A DNA stretch of 44,078 nt from a virus, in the IMG/VR virus record IMGVR_UViG_3300013027_000005, positions 1 through 44,078 of that record; one strand, written 5' to 3'. Below, piece after piece: positions 1 through 8,430 of this stretch (position 1 is the stretch's first letter; every line of letters begins with the position of its first letter). Under the pieces are notes generated by a model. That model was not told the DNA's origin and searched no databases. It was given only the letters and a program-made list of their open reading frames with translations. The position numbers were made by a program, and so were the translations under genes.

Positions 1-55
1 ATGTTTGGTGGCACACAGTCATTCAACAAACAGAACCTGGGTAAAGCCCTTCAGA
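1..55. repeat. 55-bp exact terminal overlap (copy 1): circular assembly closure
   Basis: Positions 1..55 (atgtttggtggcacacag...gcccttcaga) are identical to 44024..44078. The overlap lies inside an open reading frame and 44024 is in frame with position 1, so it is an assembly closure rather than a physical end. Confidence 0.95.
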
Positions 56-1593
56 GGGCGGCTGACCGTGGCGAAGTGGAACTGCTGGAGGAACTGACTG
101 GCAAAGAAGCCCTGAACGTACCCAAGGTAAACGGCAAAGCCTATCGTCGTGTCAAGTGGCTTAAGCCCGCACCCATCACCACTCGCTCGCTGCTTGAGGA
201 CCGTCTTACCACTTTGGATGATGAACTCAACGCACCGGACCTGACTGACGAACGGGCGAACGCCATCCTTGACGAGATGGAGGCCATTCAAGATGAGCTG
301 TTGGGCAACATTGACATCACCAGCGCAGATGCAGTGCAACGCTATCAGGCTGACCTACCAGAACACCTGGTGGGCACCACACCTGAAGCCGTACACAACA
401 CCAAGCAACTCATCAAAGCAGACGAGCAGGCTGAGGAGATATTTGCGCTTGAGGCACGCCTTGAGAGTGAGTTGGATGTCATCAAGGAGTCCATCGAACG
501 GTCACTAAACGACCTTGAGAAGTACCCTGACGTTGGCAGACTACCACTTAACGACAACCCAGTCTTTAAGCCCACCCGCCCACGCGACATTGACACAACA
601 CCGATATACACCGGACTGCCATATGAGCTTAACCAGCACACATGGTACCACGGCACTAAGGTTGACAACGTTGACTTGAGTGCTATCGACCCAAGAAGGG
701 GTGGGGCGCGGGGCGAGAACGGTCCAGCTATCTACTTCACCAACCAACCTGACGTAGCCGAGGACTTCGCCAAAGCCACACCCAACGACAACCTGCCATA
801 CCGAGACGACTTTGTTGAGGTGTCAGAAGTGGGTACGGTTCACGAGGTCAAGATGAACATCAGAAACCCTCTGGACGGCAATGAGGTTCCCACAAACCGC
901 ATACGTGACATATTCATTGAAGCTGCTCAAAAGACTGATGTGTTTGACGAGATAGTTGACGCATACGCCAGGAAGCTACGGAAAAACACAACACCACAAA
1001 AAGCCCTCAAGCTTAAGGACTACTGGAATGCTTTTGGTGAAACTATCCAAGACTACCGTGAGAAGGAGTTCTTTGAAGACTCACCCGTGCTTCCCGAACG
1101 TGCTCTGCTGAAGTGGCAGCGTGAGGTGAACCGAGGACTCATTGAACAGGGTTACGACGCGGTTGCGACACGCATTGGTGCTGGTGGTGAGTTTGTGTTA
1201 GCGGCTTTGGTTCCTGATGTTGTTCGTACCACGTTGGCCAAAACCCCGGTCGGAACAGGTGACCTGGTCGAACAGGCAACTGCTCGTGTAAACGCCACAA
1301 GTTACATCGCTGAGGTGTTCCCCGACAGTATTACCGCAAAAGTTGACTTCAGGGAGGCTACTGTGAAGGCACAGAAGCGTATTCAAGAGCAGCTTGAGGA
1401 GCAACTCGAAACTGTTCAGGCTGAGGCAACTCGCCTGGCTGACCACAGCGCTCAAGTGGAGAACAAGCTACGGAAGCAGGCGCGAACACAACAAGTTGAC
1501 CAACGACGTGCCAACGAACGAAAAGCCCTGGCTGACGACGCCAAGGTATACAACGAGAACACCAAAGAACCAGACCCCTGCGGAGCCCCATGA
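1..1593 (+). CDS. C-terminal 530 aa of the junction-spanning giant virion protein; contains an ART-PolyVal-like ADP-ribosyltransferase domain
   Basis: The track ORF starts at the window edge and its M1 is an internal Met. It carries the motifs WYHGT, GPAIYFTNQPDVAEDFA, VHEVKMNIRNPL and GYDAVATRIGAGGEFVLAALVP. Its stop overlaps the next ATG (ATGA at 1590). Confidence 0.85.
   Translation: MFGGTQSFNKQNLGKALQRAADRGEVELLEELTGKEALNVPKVNGKAYRRVKWLKPAPITTRSLLEDRLTTLDDELNAPDLTDERANAILDEMEAIQDELLGNIDITSADAVQRYQADLPEHLVGTTPEAVHNTKQLIKADEQAEEIFALEARLESELDVIKESIERSLNDLEKYPDVGRLPLNDNPVFKPTRPRDIDTTPIYTGLPYELNQHTWYHGTKVDNVDLSAIDPRRGGARGENGPAIYFTNQPDVAEDFAKATPNDNLPYRDDFVEVSEVGTVHEVKMNIRNPLDGNEVPTNRIRDIFIEAAQKTDVFDEIVDAYARKLRKNTTPQKALKLKDYWNAFGETIQDYREKEFFEDSPVLPERALLKWQREVNRGLIEQGYDAVATRIGAGGEFVLAALVPDVVRTTLAKTPVGTGDLVEQATARVNATSYIAEVFPDSITAKVDFREATVKAQKRIQEQLEEQLETVQAEATRLADHSAQVENKLRKQARTQQVDQRRANERKALADDAKVYNENTKEPDPCGAP
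637..1224 (+). other. ADP-ribosyltransferase-like domain (H-Y-E type, ART-PolyVal-like) within the giant protein
   Basis: The candidate catalytic triad is His in YHGT (codon at 649..651), Tyr in IYFT and Glu in GGEFV. The order and spacing resemble PARP/diphtheria-toxin-type ARTs and the ART domain described in phage and plasmid polyvalent proteins. This is a by-eye match only. Confidence 0.6.
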
Positions 1594-4500
1594 CCAACAC
1601 ATCGTGTTTGTACAACCCAGAAGCGAAGGTAGCACCTGAACGCAAAAAGAAGCCGTATCGTCGTAAGTACGAGGCCAACGTTCAGAATGCGAAGGCGCGA
1701 CGCAAAGCCGAAGCTGATGCCGTGGAACGCATGGTGGGCGAGCGTAAGCCCAAGCCCTACAGCAAAGGTGTGTTAACGCCCGAACAGGCCCGACGCCAGC
1801 GCCTAAAGCGACACATGGAAGCGAGCAAGCGACAGATAGCGGACGAACGCCATGCCGAACTTCTCCAACGCGCCCAGCGACGCATCGACAAGCAGCATGA
1901 GTTTCTGTTCAAGGTTGGGGACTTGGCACACGTCAACCCCAACCACATTGATGCTGTGTCGAGTTTTCTTGCCCGTAAGCTGGGCATCAAGAACCGTGCC
2001 ATCATTGACCCATCTCAGTACAGTAAGGCTGGCGAGGTGCGTCAGTTCCTCCTGAATGCCAACCGTATTGCTGAAGGTATGGTTGATGAGATAGGCAACA
2101 TCAGCGGTGCTGCCAAGATAAAAGACATGTACGAGAAGGTGCAGCGTGGTATTGGTAAGACCCTGAGTGCTGACGAACTTAACGAGTTCTTTATGGAACT
2201 TATTGAGGTCGGTCAGATACCTAGTGTGTCCCAAGCCTATCAACCACTGACGGGGGGTCGTCGTTATCTGGACAATATGTACAATGCGTTTCTCGATAGG
2301 TGGGAAGCGCGTGGCTTTGACCCCTATAAGCTGGAGGGCTTGGTAAATGAAGCGGAACAGTTCTCATCGGTCCTTGATGATGTTCGCACTGAAGCTGCTG
2401 TTTTTGGCGTTGACGTTGGAGATATTTTTAGCGGTATCGGCTACAACCCTAGGGTACCTACTGGGGACTTCGCACGGCGAATGCAGTATGCGTCCGAGGC
2501 AGACACGCTCCTGAACAACTGGATAGGCGCAAGCGACGCCAAGGCATACGACGCAGCCGTCAAAAAGAGTCGTGAGACATTTAACTACATCCCTGAGGAC
2601 GACGCCATCGTAGCAGCCCGCCTGAAGCTGTCCGTTGAGGAGATGTACGACCTGATGGACGACACCAACGCATGGCTTGACACACTACACAACAAACTGA
2701 GTGCTGAACAACTCGACACAATGGTGGACGAGGGGCTCATCTCAAAGGTGGGTTTGACCAGTCGTCAGGTGTTTGACTACTTTGTTGACCAGTACGACTT
2801 GCCGTACAAGCAACTGAATGAGATGTTCAAGACCGACCCCAGAGGTGCCCTGAAGTACTACACTGACCAGCTGAAGCGTGACGCTGGCAAGAGTGGCATG
2901 GTTCAAGCTGTTATCAGCCGTGGAACCGAGGAGGGTTGGGTTAAGGCACGTGGCACTGAGCCTAAGGGTTGGGTGCTGCTTGATGGTGACTTCCTGAAGG
3001 ACCGAGGCATTGCCGTCCCTCAGGGTTACAAGGACTACTACGTGCATCCAGCCGTTGCCAAGCAGTGGCGTGACATCCTTGACATGAGTACCGACAGCCG
3101 TAAGCTGAGCGCCGTCGCCCGTACAATGGACTTCCTCAGTTCATACCTGTCCAGTGCTGCTTTGGTGTCAACCGGGTACATCGGTCGTATTGCCCTTGGC
3201 GGCATCATCAGCAGCTTCAGTGCAGGCACAGACCTCGCCAGACTTGTGCCACGGATGGTTGAAGCCATTAACGTGCTCAAGCATGGACCAGACAAGGTTC
3301 TGGACAACACAACCAAACGTTTTGGGCGTGATGCCGATGGCAACGCGATGTACACAGAGCTGGAACTCTACAAAGAGATGCGGCTCAGACGTAAGGGTGA
3401 CCTCATCCCCCACACGCCAGGCGAACACCTCAGTGACTGGGACGACAAGGTGAAGTCCCTGAACCCCATGAATGCCAAGCGTGCTGTTGAGTACATGGCT
3501 TCGACCTTTAAGAACTACGGGGGTGGGGCTGCGGCAGTTGAGGGTCTTCAGCTTCTCAAGAACATCAACAGCGGTATGTATGCGGGCTTTGGCTGGACAG
3601 CAGCTTATCTTGACCTGGCGTTCCGGTGGTCAGCCCTCAAGACCATCATGGACCCAAGCGCGAGTTCTAAGTTTGGACAGCTTCTGAGTGGTCAACACTT
3701 CAGCTACAAGAACATTGAGGAGGGACTTCGTTACATTGACGAGTACTTCCCAACACCTGATGAGGCTGGTCGTGTCACCAAGGAGATAAGTCGCTTCATA
3801 CGACCATTCTTCAGTTATGCTGTGTACGCCCCTCCTGCGGCCCTCAGACACGCCATTCGTAACCCGTCTGGGTATATGAACGCTGAGCGCCTCCAACGCC
3901 TCATGAACAGCGACCTAGCGTCCGATGACAACCGAAACCCTGAGGGTGGCTGGTGGTCGTCAGACCTACGTCAGGTTCCCCACAGTTTGTGGAAGGACAC
4001 AGAAGGCTTTGAGCACATAGTTATGTTCACCCGAAACTTCGACCCCATTCGTGATGGTTGGCAGTCTATTCAGGACTACAGCGACCGCACCAAGGAGCTG
4101 TTTGGGCTTTGGGTTGGAACCAGTGAGGAGAAGCGTAGTCGTATCACCAACCCGGCTGACAGGTTTACCGAGTTCATCCAGGAGGAGTTTGCCTACTTCA
4201 ACCCACTCATTCAAATGGCAATGCGTACAGTTACGGGTGTAGACCCCAGGACAGGTATGCCTGTGTCCCGTGGGTTTGACGTTGACGAGCGTACCATCGT
4301 TGGCCTTCGACTTCCACCCCTGGCGGCTGAACTGCTGAGCACCTACAAGCCCATCATGGACCTGGATAGGTTCAACCCGTTCAACCTCTTTGGAACACCA
4401 GAGATACGAAACAACGACTACAACGCATCAAACAACTTCCAGGGCAGCATACGTCAACCAGGCACCCCAAGCTGGGCAGGGTTCAGCCGCAAGGCCAAAG

Positions 4501-4934
4501 CCGCTGACCGCTCGGAGGCGATGGATAACTGGAAAATACGCATGCTTCAGGCATTTGGTGCCCGTGTTGCTCCGGTTAATGTGGCGGAAGGTATGGATAG
4601 AACATACAGCAGCAACCACTTTGCAGCTAAGGAGCTGAAGGACTCCATTGAGAAGGGATACCTGCGAATGCAGAGTGACACAGGGATGAGTGCCAAAGAC
4701 AAGCAGGCATTGGCGGATGAGCTACACCAGAACATCGACTATCTGGCAGTTATTGAGGCTGACAATGCTCGTGTTCAGCAGTGGCTTGTGGACAACAAGG
4801 TGGCACCCAAGTATGCCCGTGAGAAGCTGCGAAACAAGGTCATTAAGGACATGCGCTACCCACGTGACAGCTTTGCCAACGACCTGATAAATGAAATGGC
4901 CAAACGCCATCAAGAAGTAGAGGACGCTAAATGA
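1590..4934 (+). CDS. Large virion-associated protein (1114 aa), function unknown, with a hyper-basic N-terminus
   Basis: Long ORF that is ATGA-coupled at both ends within the internal-protein gene chain. Residues about 15-110 are K/R-rich (KKKPYRRKYEANVQNAKARRKAE...RRQRLKRHMEASKRQ). I recognised no catalytic motif. Confidence 0.7.
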   Translation: MTNTSCLYNPEAKVAPERKKKPYRRKYEANVQNAKARRKAEADAVERMVGERKPKPYSKGVLTPEQARRQRLKRHMEASKRQIADERHAELLQRAQRRIDKQHEFLFKVGDLAHVNPNHIDAVSSFLARKLGIKNRAIIDPSQYSKAGEVRQFLLNANRIAEGMVDEIGNISGAAKIKDMYEKVQRGIGKTLSADELNEFFMELIEVGQIPSVSQAYQPLTGGRRYLDNMYNAFLDRWEARGFDPYKLEGLVNEAEQFSSVLDDVRTEAAVFGVDVGDIFSGIGYNPRVPTGDFARRMQYASEADTLLNNWIGASDAKAYDAAVKKSRETFNYIPEDDAIVAARLKLSVEEMYDLMDDTNAWLDTLHNKLSAEQLDTMVDEGLISKVGLTSRQVFDYFVDQYDLPYKQLNEMFKTDPRGALKYYTDQLKRDAGKSGMVQAVISRGTEEGWVKARGTEPKGWVLLDGDFLKDRGIAVPQGYKDYYVHPAVAKQWRDILDMSTDSRKLSAVARTMDFLSSYLSSAALVSTGYIGRIALGGIISSFSAGTDLARLVPRMVEAINVLKHGPDKVLDNTTKRFGRDADGNAMYTELELYKEMRLRRKGDLIPHTPGEHLSDWDDKVKSLNPMNAKRAVEYMASTFKNYGGGAAAVEGLQLLKNINSGMYAGFGWTAAYLDLAFRWSALKTIMDPSASSKFGQLLSGQHFSYKNIEEGLRYIDEYFPTPDEAGRVTKEISRFIRPFFSYAVYAPPAALRHAIRNPSGYMNAERLQRLMNSDLASDDNRNPEGGWWSSDLRQVPHSLWKDTEGFEHIVMFTRNFDPIRDGWQSIQDYSDRTKELFGLWVGTSEEKRSRITNPADRFTEFIQEEFAYFNPLIQMAMRTVTGVDPRTGMPVSRGFDVDERTIVGLRLPPLAAELLSTYKPIMDLDRFNPFNLFGTPEIRNNDYNASNNFQGSIRQPGTPSWAGFSRKAKAADRSEAMDNWKIRMLQAFGARVAPVNVAEGMDRTYSSNHFAAKELKDSIEKGYLRMQSDTGMSAKDKQALADELHQNIDYLAVIEADNARVQQWLVDNKVAPKYAREKLRNKVIKDMRYPRDSFANDLINEMAKRHQEVEDAK

Positions 4935-5479
4935 CCTACATCATTAAGTACAACCGTATTCCGGTGTTGGGGCGCGAGCCCCTGTACACGGAGGCAGATA
5001 CGGCACCACTCAACCCCGAAGTGGGAGACAGGTTTCTGCACACACCCACTGGTGACTCGTTTGTGTGGAACGGGACGTTGTGGATGGGTGAGAGTCCCAT
5101 CTTTTACACGGTGCTCCAGGATGGTGCTTCCCAAAACCGCCTAAACATGGTCACGTTTCCAACCACCACACATGACATCCTTGTACGTAACCTATCGGGT
5201 GTGCTGTTCATGTCCTCGTCCGTAAACCTGACAGACCTTAACTACTGGGAGGTGGAAATACGGAGCGCTAACTTTGCAAAGAACTACGTACGACTACCCG
5301 GAGGTCTCTACTCTGGACAGAACCGAACCCAGAACACGTTCCACCCCTTCAGCATGACGTTCGATGTCGTTCTCGACACAACAACCGTGTGGGGTGTGCG
5401 GAACCAACTCATCAAACGCGGAAGCCCAGCTCCCTGTAACTGCACGTACACAGTACGACTACATAAGGTATACCGATGA
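4931..5479 (+). CDS. Small fibre/receptor-binding-like protein, paralog 1 (182 aa)
   Basis: ATGA-coupled to the upstream gene. It shares GDxFxHTPxxxxFxWxGxLW, FPxxxHDxLxxN, NYW and VWGxRxxLxKxGxP blocks with the next ORF. It lies at the terminal position of the late operon. Confidence 0.6.
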   Translation: MTYIIKYNRIPVLGREPLYTEADTAPLNPEVGDRFLHTPTGDSFVWNGTLWMGESPIFYTVLQDGASQNRLNMVTFPTTTHDILVRNLSGVLFMSSSVNLTDLNYWEVEIRSANFAKNYVRLPGGLYSGQNRTQNTFHPFSMTFDVVLDTTTVWGVRNQLIKRGSPAPCNCTYTVRLHKVYR

Positions 5480-6048
5480 CCGCACAAAGTTTATACGAAG
5501 AAAAGAAAGTCAGAAGTCGAGTGGTTGGGCGTCAGACCCGTCACACCGCTAACATCACAGCTCCGCGTGTACGGCAGGAGGGTGACACGTTTACGCACAC
5601 ACCTAGTCAGACACAGTTTCGTTGGACCGGAAGTCTTTGGCGCAGCATTGACGGCTTCACGTTTCACCTTGACCGCATATCCGCTTCCGGTGGGTTCTTT
5701 CAACGGATAGCGTTTCCCAACAATGTGCATGACGTGCTCATCACAAACATGTGGGTAATGTTGCTGGTCAACGGTACAGCCAACGACGCGGCGAACTACT
5801 GGAGCTACGACCTGGACGGACACAAGCTGGATGGCTCACGACCCTCCACCGGTTCAAGTAACGGCTCAACGGCGGCTGATGCTCCTGGCGTCTGGCTGCG
5901 TAAGACACATCCACTCAACTATCGTGTTGGTCCGGTAAGTACGTCAAGTGTTTGGGGCTTGCGCTTCAACCTGGTCAAGACGGGTTTGCCCAGTAACCTG
6001 GACCTGTCGGTAAACGTCGAGGGATGCTTTATATACAACGGACCATAA
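5476..6048 (+). CDS. Small fibre/receptor-binding-like protein, paralog 2 (190 aa)
   Basis: ATGA-coupled and homologous to 4931..5479 (same motif blocks). It is the last gene before the convergent terminator. Confidence 0.6.
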   Translation: MTAQSLYEEKKVRSRVVGRQTRHTANITAPRVRQEGDTFTHTPSQTQFRWTGSLWRSIDGFTFHLDRISASGGFFQRIAFPNNVHDVLITNMWVMLLVNGTANDAANYWSYDLDGHKLDGSRPSTGSSNGSTAADAPGVWLRKTHPLNYRVGPVSTSSVWGLRFNLVKTGLPSNLDLSVNVEGCFIYNGP

Positions 6049-6054
6049 TATAGA

Positions 6055-6110
6055 CAAAAAAAAACACCCCCAAGGGAAGCCGTTAAGCCTCTCTTGGGGG
6101 TTTCTTGTTG
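6055..6110. terminator. Bidirectional rho-independent terminator between the convergent gene blocks
   Basis: An A-run (caaaaaaaaaaca) precedes the stem cccccaaggga / tctcttggggg (11 bp including one G.U) with a 13-nt loop, followed by tttcttgttg. A U-tract is therefore available on both strands. Confidence 0.8.
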
Positions 6111-6121
6111 CGTATTATAAC

Positions 6122-7036
6122 TTACATGTCACTCAACTTGTCCTCCATTTGTTGGAGTGTTAACTCACCTTCCTCTGGAGTGGTGTAACCAGTCACATAG
6201 CGTGTGTCTTTGTTGTAGCCATTTTTATCAGTTGTAATGTGGTAGAACACGTCAGCGTACTTGCTCCAGCGCATGGATGGAGGTATCAGGTACATCCCTG
6301 TCTCTTTACGCTTGAACACCTCAGGAACGGGTTCAGGCGCATCAAAGTGCTTGAACACATCACTCACAAACCGGGTGTCTCGCAACAGGGGAATGATGTC
6401 GTTGGCGCGTTCCAATGCCCATGTTGTGTCAGACATCTCAACCTCACGGATGTCACCCGTACCTTTGTTGTAACACAACCAGACAGCAGGAATACCTAGG
6501 CAGTGTTTGTAGATGGCTAGTTGTGTGATGTAGCCTCGTTCGTCGTTGGGTTTCTTTGTGAACTGGTTGAAGTAGCTGTCCGACATTGTCTTCACTTCGA
6601 CAAGGAGTGGCGCGCCGTTCAACTCAACTATAACGTCTGTGTGTCCCAAAACCCCAAGGTAGTTGACCTCACTTTGCTGAGATACCACTTTCATGCCATA
6701 GGCTTTCATCATAGTCACTAGCCACGCTTCGAAGTAATGACCCGTGAGGAATATGAAGTTTAGTCGTCGTTCGATATCGTTATCATGGTAGCCAAGCATT
6801 CCGAGTCCCTGGAGTACAGCAGGCTTCCCCAGACTTGAGACTCTAAGAGGGCTGAACTCGCGGTGTGTGGTGTATTGGTTCTTGAGCGCTTCATGCATTT
6901 CGTTGGAGAACGAAAGGAGGTCGTTAGCATCAATGTGCACGTCACCACGCCCATGTTGTAGCCACTCAATGAACTCAGTTAAATAAGGCATTAGTTTATT
7001 TGTGTTTACACGCGAAAAAAGGCGAGCAGGGCACAA
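6122..7036 (-). CDS. PD-(D/E)xK family recombination exonuclease (YqaJ/lambda Exo-like); likely start at Met 6991
   Basis: The motif GHTDVIVELNGAPLLVEVKT fits D...E-x-K of the restriction-endonuclease fold. It sits in the same block as a Rad52/Sak-like annealase. The first 15 codons look non-native (MCPARLFSRVNTNKL). Confidence 0.55.
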   Translation of the reverse strand: MCPARLFSRVNTNKLMPYLTEFIEWLQHGRGDVHIDANDLLSFSNEMHEALKNQYTTHREFSPLRVSSLGKPAVLQGLGMLGYHDNDIERRLNFIFLTGHYFEAWLVTMMKAYGMKVVSQQSEVNYLGVLGHTDVIVELNGAPLLVEVKTMSDSYFNQFTKKPNDERGYITQLAIYKHCLGIPAVWLCYNKGTGDIREVEMSDTTWALERANDIIPLLRDTRFVSDVFKHFDAPEPVPEVFKRKETGMYLIPPSMRWSKYADVFYHITTDKNGYNKDTRYVTGYTTPEEGELTLQQMEDKLSDM

Positions 7037-7059
7037 GCCCCACCCGCCGTGGTTAGTTA

Positions 7060-7359
7060 TCAGAACCGTTTGGCGCTACCGCTGCGTCGAGCCGGAGCAC
7101 TTGGTTTGTCCTTGGGTTGTGGGACCTTGATAGTGCCCTTGAGCTGTGGCTGACTACCACCACCATCGTGTGTCCAAAGCGCTATCTCAAGCTTTATCTG
7201 ACCACGGTCGTCAACCATAAGGGCTTCCAACGCTGCAAGAAACTCAGGAGTCAGTGTCACAGAGCCAGAAGCTACCGGGGCTTTGTCTGAGTCGCTGTTC
7301 TTTTCCCACAGACTTACGAGTGCTTTATCAGAGGGATGCTGCCAAGGTGAGTCAGCCAT
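7060..7359 (-). CDS. Hypothetical protein (99 aa)
   Basis: ORF with a coding-like composition on the minus strand and a basic C-terminal tail. No motif recognised. Confidence 0.5.
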   Translation of the reverse strand: MADSPWQHPSDKALVSLWEKNSDSDKAPVASGSVTLTPEFLAALEALMVDDRGQIKLEIALWTHDGGGSQPQLKGTIKVPQPKDKPSAPARRSGSAKRF

Positions 7360-7431
7360 GTTGTGTTGTCCTGTTTATGTTATGTTAAAAATAGGGCGAG
7401 GGCAGCCGGAAAGCTACCCTCTGTTTGGCTC

Positions 7432-8397
7432 TTATCGAGCAGTAATGGTTACGTTCTCAGTGCGTAGAGTCCCAGACTTCGCATAGAAGTCAGTGGAACG
7501 TCCAGACACAGCAACCGTAACGTTCCGAACGTACTCACCATTCGAGTTGGGAGTAGAGATAACACCTAGAGATACATCAGACTCACCAACTTTGAAAAAC
7601 TCAACAGATGATACTGAAGTGTTCTGAGGTTTGGCTTTCAGGTCGATGCGCTCGTCAGGGTTGATAAGAGTGCCGTCAGGAGGCGACACCATTACCAACG
7701 CAGGAGTGCCACCACCACTCTGACCCAGAAAGCGGTTAACTTCCTCAAGAGTGGTAGCTTCGATGTACTTCAGCGCGAACAGGTCATAAACATCGCCAGG
7801 GTACTTGGAGGGGTCGTTGTCAACCTGACTCAGGTACCAGCCGATGCGTGAACGTAGGAAGCCAGGGTCACCGTCAGCAACGATGTTGGTGGCTCGTCCG
7901 CGTTTCTCACCGTTGATATAAATATCACAGTAAGTACCGCTGCCAGTACCGTTCTTGATGAGTAGGTCAAACACCAAGTTAAAGGCGGTGCCTCGGATGA
8001 CTGGACCACAGTCTACAATGGGGTTTTCGCCAGAAGCGTTACGAGACAAGTACTGGAACTTTCCTTCCGAGATGTCCATCAAGGAGGCTGGGTTCTTGTT
8101 GTTGTCGTGCGTCTGGTAGATACCCATCAAAGCACCACCACTAAACTCTACCGAGGTAGGAATGAAGTAGCGCACCCCGATGACTTGACGAGTCCCCACT
8201 TGGAGGGACTTTACTAGGTCAGCCTTGGGTGCGGGGTCTGTACCAGAAGGGCCTTCGCGCGTTTCGATACGAAAACGAACAGCGTTCTCACCGTCGATAG
8301 TCTGGAGGGTTTTACAACCAACCTGGAAACACTCCCCGGCAGGAAAGCCGAAGTTGTTGGCGGAACTGTTGAACTCTGTTGAAAACAGAATGGTCAT
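7432..8397 (-). CDS. Jelly-roll (ConA-like) putative polysaccharide lyase/depolymerase with a C-terminal Ig-like domain
   Basis: FRIETRE, IYQTHD and RSRIGWY loosely resemble the RxExR / QxH / YxKxGxY signature of PL7/PL20-type lyases. The C-terminal 90 aa are rich in beta-strand-type sequence, like bacterial Ig domains. The match is weak and made by eye. Confidence 0.35.
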   Translation of the reverse strand: MTILFSTEFNSSANNFGFPAGECFQVGCKTLQTIDGENAVRFRIETREGPSGTDPAPKADLVKSLQVGTRQVIGVRYFIPTSVEFSGGALMGIYQTHDNNKNPASLMDISEGKFQYLSRNASGENPIVDCGPVIRGTAFNLVFDLLIKNGTGSGTYCDIYINGEKRGRATNIVADGDPGFLRSRIGWYLSQVDNDPSKYPGDVYDLFALKYIEATTLEEVNRFLGQSGGGTPALVMVSPPDGTLINPDERIDLKAKPQNTSVSSVEFFKVGESDVSLGVISTPNSNGEYVRNVTVAVSGRSTDFYAKSGTLRTENVTITAR

Positions 8398-8430
8398 GTT
8401 TTAGCTTTAGTAAGGAAACAATGGAACGCT

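Noticed and set aside
1-55. The 55-bp end identity as a genuine direct terminal repeat of the virion DNA
   Set aside because: It lies within a continuous coding frame of a late structural gene, far from the divergent noncoding region where ends are expected. Its length also matches a common assembler k-mer overlap.
1590-4934. Virion-packaged single-subunit RNA polymerase (N4 mini-vRNAP-like) hypothesis
   Set aside because: I found no convincing TxxGR, RxxxKxxxxxxxYG or HD(S/A) motif set in the right order in this protein or in the 1404-aa protein. No DxDGD two-barrel motif was seen either.
4931-6048. Diversity-generating retroelement (template/variable repeat) behind the paralogous fibre-like genes
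   Set aside because: There is no reverse transcriptase anywhere in the genome. The similarity is at protein level only, with no near-identical nucleotide repeat showing adenine-specific differences.
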